Of a stretch of 64,000 nucleotides of DNA, positions 13,206 through 25,210 are shown piece after piece. Source of the stretch: Raillietiella orientalis (lineage: Eukaryota); assembly GCA_036172245.1 (NCBI GenBank), contig JAYWIR010000041.1, positions 1,302,001-1,366,000 on the forward strand. Reading direction: 5' to 3'. Made by a program: the position numbers and the translations under genes. Position 1 is the stretch's first letter. Each line of letters opens with the position of its first letter. The notes beneath the pieces were generated by a model. It made no database searches, was not told the DNA's origin, and saw only the letters and a list, made by a program, of their open reading frames with translations.

Positions 13206-14229
13206 TATTTGAATCTCTTTTCCACAGACATCCTTCAAAGACATTCTCACTTGAGTCTAAGGGTCCACTCGAGGGTCCATGTCTACTCGAGTCTTGATCC
13301 TATTCTATCTAGTCCCCCCCCCCCTTCCCTCTTCCGTGCTGCTCCCATTCACTCAGTTCGAAAGATCAAGAGACCTTCAGATGCACTGTGACTTCTGGTC
13401 ATCCTTAATCTTGTACAGGATCACAACTCCCGCAGCATCCACTATAAGATAAAGCTCGAAGCTTACTTTGCAGAAGCAGTTTTGATGGTACTCTGCTTTC
13501 TTTTCGTACCGAATTCCATGGAAGACGCTTTGTGAGGAAACAAGAAACTACGTTCCATGCCTTCTCTATCTCTTTCTGAATTCTTAATCCATTGCCTATT
13601 TTTAACCAAGCAATGATCCTTCATGTGGAGCCTTGGCATCAGAATGACACCACTTATTTTGATAATTTTCGCTGCGATTTTTTTCGCAAAGACTCGAAAG
13701 TCTGTCGTACCGTTCCGCACCCAGCATGCAGCAATTTCAGTAACCATCCAACTGCTTTAAACGCCGACCGGAAGTAAGTCCCCGACTGTTCCAGGCTGTC
13801 AATTTTTACTTTTCCTGTTTTTATGCTTTGTCACTTCTGTTCCCATAATTCTCTTGAATCTCGCCTGAGAACCGTAAACGAGATAGTTGCACTGGCACTG
13901 CCGATGATGCTCTCTTCCTACTGTCTTTTTTTAGGATGGAAATCCTCACTGGGTGCGAATGAAACTGGTTCTCGTGAGGAAGTGTCTCTGTCGTCGCTCC
14001 ACACGAAGCAGAGGAGTTCTGTTCCTTCCCCTGCTGTGCTGCGACATATTTCAAAGATTCTTTTGGTTTTTGGCGTCCTCTGTGCTCTCCGATTCAAAGT
14101 TCCATGCGAAGACATGCAACAGAAAAAAACTTTTCTTTTCCTTTTTTCTCCGCAGCTTCCCACCGCTTTCTGCACCTGCCCAGTCCAACTTTCGGACACA
14201 GGCGTTTTTTATTGTCCGGACACGGGGGG

Positions 14230-15510
14230 GAGGTCGTCCCTGGGAAGAAGTGGCCGGCATCCAGTGAGGGATCAGGAAAAGTTGCAAATGGGATCCACGT
14301 AGCCCAACATCCACGTAGTCCTACCAGTCAGGGCTGGGCTCAGGATGAAACCAGAAGAACGCTCGTGTCGGAGCTGCCAGTCGGAAGACGAAGCGTTGCC
14401 TCATATGCTAAACCGATGAGGAGGCACTGCCGTCTGTCCATTGCACGGCACGGCGCGATTCAAGAGATGATCATCAAGGTCGCAGTGAATGAAGCAAAAC
14501 CGGACTTAGTGTCCACTTGTCAGAGAGCTCCAGGAACGAATTCCCTCTTAAGACCGACTTAGTGATGAAAAAATGAAACTGGTTTACAGTGCTGCACGTC
14601 TGCTGCCCGTACGAGAGTGGAGAAGAGGTGTGCAACTGTGTGGAGAAAACAGGAAAAGTACAAGGAAGGCAGAGAGGGAGAGCAATGCAGGGTGCATGCT
14701 TTCATCACTGGTTCTCTGAGAGCCTGAGATCCAGGTAACGAGGAAGTGCTGCAGGATCTTGGAATTCCGAAAAAGCACTTGGTGACGATGAGTTGGTAGC
14801 TTCGTCATCCGATGCTCCGGAGACACCTATGCAGCCCACGTCACACGGAGGACTGAGAGCCGGATGCAGCCGGGGACTAACAGAGATCAGCTCCTGTGAA
14901 GTGGAGGACAGGAAGCTAAGGAAGCAGCATGCTAAGGGGCGACGAGCGTCCCAGATGAATAGAGGAAGATTTCCAGAGGAATGCCAAGAACCCTCGCCCC
15001 TGTAGCCTGTTGCATAAGTTAGGGGTCAGAAGAAGATGCAAAGAGGACCCCTTACGCAGGAGGTGTTGTTCGGGGAGAGCTGCATCCTTCGGCGGACAAG
15101 GCAGTATTCGGGATATCCCCGTGCACGTATCCTGGGAGACATTTCTTGAAGGTGCGGCACCCAAGAACCACGAACCCACTCTTGTGCAGTGCACAGAAAC
15201 AGAAGAGTTGGAAGGGAATCGTTCTGCGACGGGTGCTCGAGAGGGAGGGATGTTCCTTGTTGAGGCGAGGGCATCATTTAGCAGATGCGCTCATGCGGTC
15301 CCTTCTCTTGGCGCAATGGTTTTTGGCTCCTGGGTGGATCCTGCTGAATCGACTTTCGGCGTTGAAGGGATCCGGAAATCGCTGGTCTTTTGGCGACTCA
15401 ACTGCACAGGGCACAACGTCCTCCGGACCACCATGCAGGGATGACAAATTAGAGGCTCTGAGGGAACCCTGGAAAGAGAACATGTCCCGGCCGTACTGGA
15501 TGCTGGAGGA
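14230..15510 (+). mobile_element. Possible second degenerate L1/Tx1-like LINE 3' relic
   Basis: GC-richer decayed coding-like stretch with SWETFLEGAAP followed by SFCDGCSRGRD and a downstream C...A...W pattern (~15130-15320), resembling zf-RVT. Little else recognisable. Confidence 0.3.
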
Positions 15511-16504
15511 CTGACGTCAAGGAATGAAATCGTCAGGTTCCAATCTCATCTCGACTTTATTAGGATTATCCGAGGAATTGCTTTTTGCATCCCTGTTTTT
15601 TAGACATGAATTTAGTCTACTTTTTAGTCCGAACATTTAAATTTTTTTTTTGAAGGTTTTCTACGAAAATGGCACAGCACCCCTATGCTCACAGAATCCT
15701 CCTTTTCCTGTCTTCAGATTTCTCTTCTGTTTATTGCAGCTCCCGCTGCAGATTCAAGAGATTTAGGCTCACCCTTCTTCCTGAATCGCTTCTGCCTGCA
15801 GAGATAGCTTACCAGTTTCACGAACCAATTCCTGGATTCCCCAGCGCCGCCTTCCGGTGCCGAATTTGGTGTCACTGACCACCTGTGTGCAGATTGGCTC
15901 TTAACGCAAAGTCCTCCTCTTGCTCGTGGCGCTTAGTCGTGGTCGCTTTCAGGCAGCGAGAGTGAATCCTGCGAGGCCTCCTCAGAAAGCGGAATGAGCT
16001 TCATGCCGGAAATCCCTGGGCTTGGACCCTTCTCGTAACCAGGGAAGGGAACGGGGAGAGATTTTGGTGCCGGAGTTCACTCGAGGGGTCGCCTCGCCGC
16101 CCTGAAGCTCATGCGTACCCGGAGAAGAAAATTGCTCCAGACGTTCCCAGCGGTCCTCTCGTCGAAGGGCCACCTTCTGGTCTCCTGATAGGGAGCCGAG
16201 GAGAGGTCTGCAAGGTAGTGGAGGTGCCCGCTGTCCACTGACGCGGCGACGCTTGAAGCCATATCAGACCCGTGCCTGACGAACCGGTCAAGAGAGCACG
16301 CGGACCCTCTGTGCACGGAGGCGTACCGCGCAGTCGCGGAAACCTCTCGCTTCCAGAGCTGCCCGTTTGCCACCTCCTCGAGGGAATACAGGGGGCAGGG
16401 TCGGATCTTCCGCATCTCACTCTGATCTACAAAAAGGAACGGAAGAACAAGGGCATCGCGGAGGCGAGCATCAGGAGAGTGAGGCAACAGAAAAAGTTGA
16501 GGAC

Positions 16505-17090
16505 GATCGACGTCGAAGACGATGACGGTGATGACGACCCTAATGGTGGTGCTGAGGACGGCAACAGAGATGGCATTGACGATGATGATGAGGAGGTGGC
16601 GATGGTGATGACGCTTACGATGACAATGGCAACGACGATGAGGATGACCACAACAAGATTCCAGTGAAACTTACAATGAAGATGAAAATAATGATGACTG
16701 CAGTGGCAATGGCGACGACCGCGATCGTGATGACTCTCAGGATGACAATGAAGAAGATGAGGACGACGACGAAGACGCTGATGATGCCAAAGACGATGCC
16801 GGTAACAGTGATAATGACGACAATGCGATTGTGGTGATGATGACGAAGATGACAACGGTAGCGATGATGACAATGACGATTCCAGTGGCAATGAAGATGA
16901 AGAAAGACACGACGATGGTGATGAGAACGATGATGATAACAATAACGACAACGACGACAATGGTGAAAGGAGGAGATGGAGATTGTGGCGGTGATGGTGA
17001 TCACAATCACCATGACAAAAGGATGACGATGACGAAAAGATCACCATGGCAACGATGACGGCATGGAAGAGGAAGAAGATATGCGAATAG
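16505..17090 (+). repeat. Low-complexity GAT/GAC/AAT/GAA trinucleotide-rich tract encoding an Asp/Asn/Glu-rich acidic region (frameshifted)
   Basis: Direct reading gives DVEDDDGDDDPNGGAEDGNRDGIDDDDEE, then after frameshifts NEDENNDDCSGNGDDRDRDDSQDDNEEDEDDDEDADD. Imperfect internal duplications (e.g. gattccagtg twice). Confidence 0.9.
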
Positions 17091-19989
17091 AGGAGGAGGA
17101 TTCTGTTAATCAGCTCCAGGATTTCTGGGCTTTCCTGCTGGAGGTTCCATTTGCTCCGGCATAAGGAGGCGTACGGTCGTGGGATCTCCAAGGAGAACAT
17201 GGCTATCTCTCTCCATGTCGAGGGCAGTGTCGCTCCTGCGGTCTCCGCTGCGGGCAGATCCCCCTGGCGACGGCGCAGCGGCGAGCTGCCCGCAACCTTG
17301 GGCACTTCCGGCTGTCCCGCTTTCCTCCTGACGCGATGCCAGGCTCCTGGCAACGCTTGCCTTCGCCTGCGAGGCCACCTGGAGGCGAAGGACGCTCCTG
17401 GTAAGCTGTGCTCGAGGCGTGATTTTTCCCTTTCATTCGACCGCAGAGGGGCGAGGCCTTCTCGCAGCTTCCTCTCCGAGAAGCGCGGGAAACGTCATCA
17501 TGGATCACCATCTGTCAACCGATGCATTCGGGCTCTTCGAGAGCGCGTGCCCTGCTAATCGGCGCTAATTGAACATTTCGCAGCGCCTCCGATGGGCTCA
17601 CAGTTGCAATGCATCGCGTCGCCGCGTGCATGTCGCTCGCATCGTCATTTGAACCCATCGACCCATTGTTGCGCGATGCCTCCTGCCCACCCCGCCGGTG
17701 CAGGAGATGCTGAAATCCATGCTCGGAGAGGAAGGGGGAGAAGGAGCGAATGGCGGGGTACAGATACATCTCCGCCATCCATCCGTCTGTTCCCTTCATC
17801 TTCGTTCAGGTGCTTCCCGCTGGACGGAGCCGCAGCCTCCTGCACGGTCCGCGTCGAAGTCGGCGGCCACGCACCACCGGGTGCACCTCCCTGCTCGTTC
17901 GTTGTGCGGGAGGACAAACCGCATCCCTCCCCTGAGTTGGATCCTTCGTTCCTCCCACTACCGCTTCTTCGTCTCGCTTGCCAGACCACTTGATCCCAAG
18001 GATTCCTCGACGGTACATTGCTCGTATCCATGCAGTTGGGCCTTTAGCGGCGAAACGGGGAGTCAGCCCTCGGTAGCTGCTGCTCGCCTCCTTCTGCCTC
18101 CCTTTTTCTTTTTCTGGCTCTGTTTGCGGAGTGCTCATAGGGGCAGGCGACGTCCAGGATGGTCGCTCGGGTCGAAGTGTGGATCGACTGGTTCGATGCC
18201 GCCATACACCCCATGCTCCCAAGTGACCTTCTTGATCTGCGCTGCCGGTCCCTTACGTCTCTCGATATTCATGGCCTCCCCACTGACCCTTCCTGGGAGC
18301 CTGTCCTGGAGATTCCTTCCGCAAGAAGCACTTCCTGAGCTTTCTGCACACGCGTGCTACCTCGATGCTTCCGCAGGAAGAACGCTGGACTGTGCCTCGA
18401 GGATGGACGTGTGGTGCTTGTCGTCGAGCAGCAAGTGTGCCGAGACGCGGTGCCGTCTCACCCAGGAGACGACCTCCCTTTAGCCCGGGTGCTCCGCGGT
18501 GCCTCGCGTTGGATCGCGCGCAGCCCAGAGAGCAACTTTCTCTTCCGGTTTATGTGCATGTAAGATATGGAATCGCCCGACGTGGCCTCCGGCGCCACTC
18601 ATTCGCTGCCTCTTTTTGCCGGAACCCTTTCCTGACCACTATCCGGGCTCTTTTGATGCCAGGACTGAACCCGGTTCATCTTCCTCCGATCATCCCGGGT
18701 GCTCCATGATTCCCACGAGTTCTCAACCCGTCAGTGGTGCCTGAAGTCCGTTTTCCACCGCCAACCGGAAACTTATCTGGGGTGGCTCCAGAGAAGCTGC
18801 AAGGCACCTGCAAATTGCATGATGTCTTCAGGAGATTTCGCGCTGACCGGCCAGAGCACACACACCCAGGTCGCCTCGCCTTGCTCTCGATCCTTCTGCA
18901 CCATCCCATTCGTGGCACGGAATTCATTTCAACGAACATCCCTTGAGGTTTATCTTGCACAGAATGGGACGCGGTTCCCTGGGATGGACGGGATACAGTA
19001 CTACTTATGGAACTGAAATCCGCCTCGGGAGGAGGGAGGAAGACACCCAGATATCGGGAAGAGCTCGATCGGAGTGAGATGCGTTCCGTTTCGGAAATCT
19101 GTGGGGCACCCATGGTGCGTTCCACCGATGTGCGAGCGGACGCCCTTGAACTCATTGATGCGCTCGGCCATCTTCCAAGGTCACGAGCCCCTGAACCACT
19201 CCTGCTTTTCTGCTGCCGTCCGCTTAGCTTCTTGTCGGGGCCTATTGGCATGGCTCGCTCGGGGACGAAGCAAGGAGGTCATTGCACGTGGAACCCTCGT
19301 CCCTGCACCTGAGAGAGTGGCACCCGCTCGGTGGACCCAACCGGGAAAGAGATCGCCGACAGATGGGAGACGCTTTCCGAAAGTCAGGCAATCCCGGGCC
19401 GAGATTCATCATCCGGTCCGGAATCCCGTCGCGGACATCCACTTGGAGTGTCCTGGAAAACTCAGCAGCAGCGTCTGCGAGAGAGTTGAGAAGGGAGGGA
19501 GGTAGCAGGGAACGAGTCCTTTCTTCCGGAGTCAAAGGCTCCGCCTTTGTCTTGAAATTTGGCCGTTGAGATCGTAAGACCCTTCCATCGACGGCGCTTT
19601 TCCTCCGGAAATCCTTCGGCTAATGAGGAAGCTATTGCACATACATGGGTGTCTGGTGCGGAAGACAACAGGCAACATCCTCAACCTCAAACCACATCCT
19701 CAACCGCAGCAGTGCTATCTCTGAGGTGACTACCGGGAGACACGACGAGGGAGTCCGTCAAGAGGGGCCTACCCGCGACCACTGGGAGGCTAGCGGCCTT
19801 GGGACAGCCGATTCCAGGAAGACATCCTAGGCTGCGTGCATCATTCGGTGCTCCCGGGGAGAAGCAGCCTCGGGGGTGCGCCGTCGCAGGCGGCAGGGCA
19901 GCTAGCGGGAGCAGAAAGCAAGCACCGATGATCGTCTCTCCGCTTCGCCGCAAGAGGCGCGCCTGAACCAGTGCGAGCAATCGCTGTAG

Positions 19990-20530
19990 GATGCTTGCAT
20001 GCGTGGGACGAACGCGTTGGAAGAGCTCAGGATCCCAGGAGGAGCGGGGCGCGTCCAGGAGAAGGGATCCAGCGCTCAGCACAAGGTAAACCGGACACCG
20101 TCCAAGGATAAGCTGCCCTGCGGAATTACAGTTTGGCCAAGAGGCGGAGAGGAATCCGGTAGGAGAGTCTTGCAGGCCGGGTAGTGATGTTTCTGAAGAG
20201 GTACCGGCGCAGAGGAGCAGCATCCTCGGCAAGAGGACCGCATGATTGGTGGCTGGGCCCTGTTGAGCCAATGGGTAAGTTGCCAGGACTGTGGAGGATT
20301 CCTTCCCTTCCTGTCATCCGACGCTCCGATTCCGTTAGCAACTGTAGGTTTTGGCTAAAACACTTAGTTCTCACCACTTACAGACTAACCATTTAACCCC
20401 TGCGCAATTGCGGCACAGAATGGCCACGGGCCTGGCCACATTTATCCGCGTACCCGGAAAGAAGCCACGCGCGCCGCTCCGCGTTTTTGGGTTGCATTGC
20501 TGGGCGCCATGCCGGTCGTCCACGCTGACG
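19990..20530 (+). pseudogene. Tyrosine recombinase (phage-integrase family) catalytic domain relic
   Basis: HLTPAQLRHRMATGLA at 20390-20437 matches box II (TPHxLRHxxAT). AFLG at 20481-92 is followed 2 nt later by CAT (His), cf. LGH. Candidate catalytic Lys in QHK (20080-85) and candidate box I Arg at ~20009. The catalytic Tyr is not recognisable. Confidence 0.55.
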
Positions 20531-20829
20531 TCATGACTCTCCCTGCCAGTGCACGGAGCGCGTGCTTCTTCGAGCGCTCGTCTTCGACAGAGGGCGGGGC
20601 GTGCACCTCCGCACCGGAGAAGAAAGTCTGTGGGAGAATCCATCCTCACGAGGCAGAGAAGATTTCGGTTTTCTTCCGGCTCCGCCGGAGCGTTTATTCT
20701 AAACGATAGACATACAACATTAGCAGAATTCCCGCTACGTCCTAAGCCCTAGAGGCCAGGTGCGCTACCGGCGTGCCGTCCAGCGAGCTCCACTTTTGGA
20801 TGGTGGAGAAAAACGAAAAACGAATGTGG

Positions 20830-21190
20830 ACGTCCTGAGAAGGCGCGGGAGGGTGGCATATCTCCCGTGAGTGCTCTGCTGGATCCTGTGGATAATTCCA
20901 CGGACCGGTTCCTCTTTGCGTGTTTCCAGGTGCCTCAACCTCGCCTTCCCTTTTGAGAAGGAAGCTGAGATGTGGATGGCGTCCTCATGCCTTTGGGCTG
21001 GTGCAACGAGTCGGATAGCCTTGACGCCAAAGTCTGGACGTTCCCCATAGACGTTCGGGGGGGGGGCTTCGCCAGCCAGGCTCACGAGCGCTCGCCGTGG
21101 AATTGCATGCAGCGTCGCCCGACCTTAGGTCAAGCTTACGTTCCCTCGGGAAAGCATCCTGAGGAACTGCAGCTTCGTCATGGTAGCTCA
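20830..21190 (+). pseudogene. SET-domain relic (PR-Set7/KMT5A-like lysine methyltransferase)
   Basis: PEKAREGGI (20834; cf. KGRGV), CG*FHG (20887-20904; cf. CDYHG/xEYxG), PIDV (21044; cf. IDA) and TLGQAYVPSGKHP (21122-21160; cf. GRLxNHSxKxPN), in the correct order and at plausible spacing but degenerate. Confidence 0.45.
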
Positions 21191-24100
21191 TGAAGATTCT
21201 CCATGAAAAGTGCAAAAGAGACGGTGGAATTCGCTGCATCCCATTTGTTCCATGCTTGTAAGCAACAGCATGATGTGCGTAGATAGGAGTTCTTGCGAAT
21301 TATAGCAATGCACGCGACGCTTGCCTTCTCCCTTCATAGAGGGCGCTTTCAAAACGGCTTTCAAAGTTGAAACTTTCTGAAAACAAGAGGGACCGCTTCT
21401 TTGGAAAGTGGCAGAAATTCTTCCTGCAGGAACGTCTGAAATAGCAGCACTCGACAGAGGAAGCAGAGCCGAAGCTCAATGAATAATTAATCGCCAGTGC
21501 TTATTAACGAATCGGGTCAGGTGTTTCCAAGGGACGAGACCGCTGTCCCTGTGTCCCAGTCGTGCTCTTCGATTCATGCCCGTCCTCGAGAGCGATGGGG
21601 CTGCTCGGTCGTCGTTTGCTGTGAATGAAGGGTGTCGATACGATCACGACCAGAAGTTTTGGACACAAGGAGGCGATAAAGCTCTTCTTACTCTTCAATT
21701 CTCTTGAGTCCATGGTAACGGAAATTTTGGAGGCTGCCTTTTCGAACGCAAGGAAATCTTCAATCCGTTCTCCACTTTAGAGTTTAGGGAAAAAACGGAA
21801 GAAACAGAGATTCTATTCATTAGAACCTCTATTTTACAGAGCCTTAGAATATCTAAGCTGCCTGGAGACATTACGAGTGCAGTAAAATTTGAAATGAGTT
21901 GCCAATAATTTATTCCTTTATGGTCCAGTGGGAACTTGACAAGGAATAAAAGATCCACGCGCATTGACGAAATGAGCGTATTGAGCTAATGTGACCTGAG
22001 GGAGTAAATTCGTAATACAAAAAAATTAACTCCAGGAATAAAGGCGGAACTTTGAAAGGGGAAGTTCGGACAACCATCAAAATAACGTGATCTAAAAACG
22101 TGGAAGACAGGGGAAAAAAAGGACGGAAGCGTTCCAGATCATGTCTGGAAAAGATTGATCGGACCAGAATAATGGGCACGAATGCCCTAGCGGGATCCGA
22201 AGAGCAAACGAACCGTACGGTTCCTTTGTGTACACATCTGGCAGCAAGAGAACACTGCCAGACTTTGTGAGAACGGAGCGATCGCTCTAGAATTGATGGC
22301 CAAGGACTCAAAACTTTTGGCGAATAACTTTTCCAGAAAAGTTAAGCAAGAATAGCATCAATAAATGAAGAGCACTGTTAAAAACTCCGGAGAAAACAAG
22401 AAAGGAAAAAGCAATGAAAGAGCTGGCAGTCTTCGAATGGAGTACGCGCTGAAGACAGTCGAGCACAACGGAGCAATCAATTTGGAAGAATTTCTTGAGG
22501 GAGGAGAGGGGAAAGTTCAGAGAAAAAAAAAAAATGAGGGAAATCCTCCTGCGTGCTGGCTGCGGGGGAACGCTGAAGAAATTCCAGAAGTGGGAGGGCA
22601 GAAACTACCACAAAGAGACCAGGAGGGAAGAAAGATGATAGAAATAGACGGAAGGTGTGGAGGACTTGACTACTACGGGGACATCTCCGAACGGCACCCG
22701 CCACTCTTGCGGGCCTGGTCCCGGGCAAGAGCTCGGCCTACAGAGAGCCCGCTCGAGGAGCCGGCTGGAGTAGCGGGAGTCAGGACAGCCCGTCACCTTC
22801 CTTGCGTGCCTTCAGCGATCCGCCCGACGTCCAGCAGCGAGTGCAGACGTCTGTCGCCTTTTCTGAGGAAACGGAGATTTGCGCTCGCGTCCCCCCTCCG
22901 CGGGATTTCACTGCAGCGCGAAGAGAAGAGAAAAATCCTGCGGTCCCCCGCTCCTGCAGTTTTTTTTTTTTGGTTTTTGAAGAGTCCGTCAAAGATTCGA
23001 TCAGCTGTAGTAGGCCTCTTCTCTTCCAAAGCTCACCTGGGTAAAGCTGGCGATGCGCTGGGAGGACTAGCCTTCCTGTCTTTCTGAGGACCTCGAAAAC
23101 TTTCATCCAGAGGTTACGGATCGCATGAAGGCACGCAAGAATGTGTCGGTCCTCCACTTTGCTGCTTCCTCGCTTATGACCTTTCTTTCTGGTTCCACCG
23201 GAAGAGCTTTCCAGGAATTGCAGGTTTCAGGTGAAGCTTCCTCTTCGTATCTGTTCTTTTGATTGGCTCAATTCTTCCATGCTCCAAAGTTAAGAATGTT
23301 TTTCTATCCTGGACCGCCGCTCTATTTGCATTTGACGATGCTGAGCGTATTAACTGCGGGAGAGATGCTGTCGGCTCCAATTACTGTGTGATGAAGCTGA
23401 CGTGGTCCATTGGAGAAACAGAGATTTCTTCCCTTGCGAGTCCAAGATGGTCAGAGAAGGCAGATCCTTCACTGTAGTGGTGCCATCTGTGGAGAAGACT
23501 TTGACTCTGTGCTCCTGTGCTTCTCATGGAAACACCGGAAGTTCTCTGCTTAAATTGTGTTATTGGGAAGCAAAATTTCGTTTCCAGCTTAATTCTAAAA
23601 TTCTTTATTCGCATCTAATTTCTGTTGTGTTTAGGATTGATTTTCTTCCTCTTTCAGGGATGAATGCTTTCATGGAGTGCCTTCCACGATCGGGAAAACG
23701 CACTATCTATCCTCATGTAGATAAAACAGCATACTCAGTTCGAGGGAGTGAAAAGCAAGCTATACCACGTTCCACTTGCACTACTCGAAGCGGCATTCCT
23801 GAGGCCTTCTCGGGAGGCAGGGGCTCCCTTTTTTACCCACCTTCAGATTCGGTTCTGTGCATTGCCTTTCCGGAAGTCCTGCAGCCGCAAGCCACGAGAT
23901 CTTGCCGATTTCACGCAGGTCTCTTCGTGCCAGGCAGTTGGTTCGATCCGAGCTGACAACTGCCGACTTAACGACATTGAAGAATACTTTCTTCCAATCT
24001 TGTTTAATACCTGAATCATTCGGGATGAATCTCGTTGCCGCTTCTCGTTCGAAATTGACTAAGCACTAAAAAATAATATTTGTTCCAAAGAAGTCTCGGG

Positions 24101-24799
24101 TATTCCCCTTGCTTTGAGTTTGAAAACGGAACGGTTTTATTTGTCCAAAGCCGTAGCTGCTGTTAAAGAGCTTAGAATGATAGTCAGTAAGAAAAATGGG
24201 TCGTAGATATTTTAGCTGCCAAGAGCCGGCCAGAAAAAAAAAGTGCACAGGAAATCTCCTGTTGAAGATCAAAAAACTTAGGCTCCTACAGTAATAAAAC
24301 AGTTTTAAAAAGAAACGAAAGAACTATTAAGAGAAAACATTCCATCCTCATGACTAAAGTAAAACAAAACACGTTAACGTTATATATACACTAGATGCAC
24401 TAGCTTGTACATCAATTAAATAATATGTATTTTGATTATGATACAGGGACAGGATAAAATTGCTTCATTGAAACCGTCAAGGAAAATTCGCTTACTTGGC
24501 AACGATGGAACAGGCAAACAAAAAAGAAAAAGAATCAGTCGTCCAGATTCATCATATGTATTTCTCAAAGTATTTTTTGGGTTTCCGATAATAATGAGAG
24601 CTCAGAAAGCCGAATTGAGATACGTTGAAAGAACATATCCAGAGGAATCCTCGAGCGCTGACTCAAGCAAGCATCTTCAGTCATTTGTGATTAAGGTCCT
24701 GCAGGCATATGAAAAGAAAGAAAAGCTCAGTGAATCTTCATGGACCATCTTTTCGTATTTTTCTTACATGAAGTCGTCTATACAGGGTTTCGAATTAAG

Positions 24800-25210
24800 A
24801 GCAACAAATCTCTGCAGTAGGCGAACAAGCTGATGGAGGATAAATGAGCTTCCGGCTAGATGTCAGGGCAGTGATGGTAAGCAACAGCTTCCTTGAGCCT
24901 TTCTCATGAGAAACGTGGATGATTGAATGGCAAAGGCTCTTTCTGGATCTAGACTGTGGCGTGCAGATGTCCAATGGAGTTTTGAAGATGGGGTAGGCAA
25001 CTGTGAAACATTAACTGTTGACTAGGGAGTCACGTTGCTTCTGGCATAATCTGGTATACATCCTGATATACATCTGGTGCTCCGCCCTGTTGGGTTGCAA
25101 GTCTTCCAAATTGTGGAAAATGCCACTGAATGGCAAAAGTACTTATGGGTGCACCACGAGTATAAATCGCATCGAATTGAATGCTTCCTCTTGTGCCCTC
25201 CTGTAGCTCA
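24800..25210 (-). mobile_element. Degenerate Ty3/Gypsy connection/RNase H fragment
   Basis: Minus-strand AQEEAFNSMRFIL and TRGAPISTF (cf. QExAFxxLKxxLTxAPVL), TVAYP (cf. PVAYAS), QIQKEPL (cf. QIEKExLA). Confidence 0.45.

Larger units (their letters stand above)
15950..21200 (+). mobile_element. Decayed putative tyrosine-recombinase (Crypton-like) element with Zn-finger-like, acidic, YR, SANT-like and SET-like modules
   Basis: GC/CpG-rich block distinct from the AT-rich flanks. All motifs are on the + strand in order: CPLS (16225) and CP(fs)VCH...DLPHLTLIYK (16360-16433); D/N/E tract; GR...QHK...HLTPAQLRHRMATGLA...AFLG(fs)H (20005-20497); RIHPHEAEKISVFFR; SET-like motifs 20834-21160. Termini not identified. 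Confidence 0.55.

Noticed and set aside
16427..17353. 308-aa minus-strand ORF (and 16615..17013) rich in Ser/His/Ile/Val
   Set aside because: Antisense shadow of the GAT/GAC tract, which lacks minus-strand stops. The + strand acidic reading fits the context.
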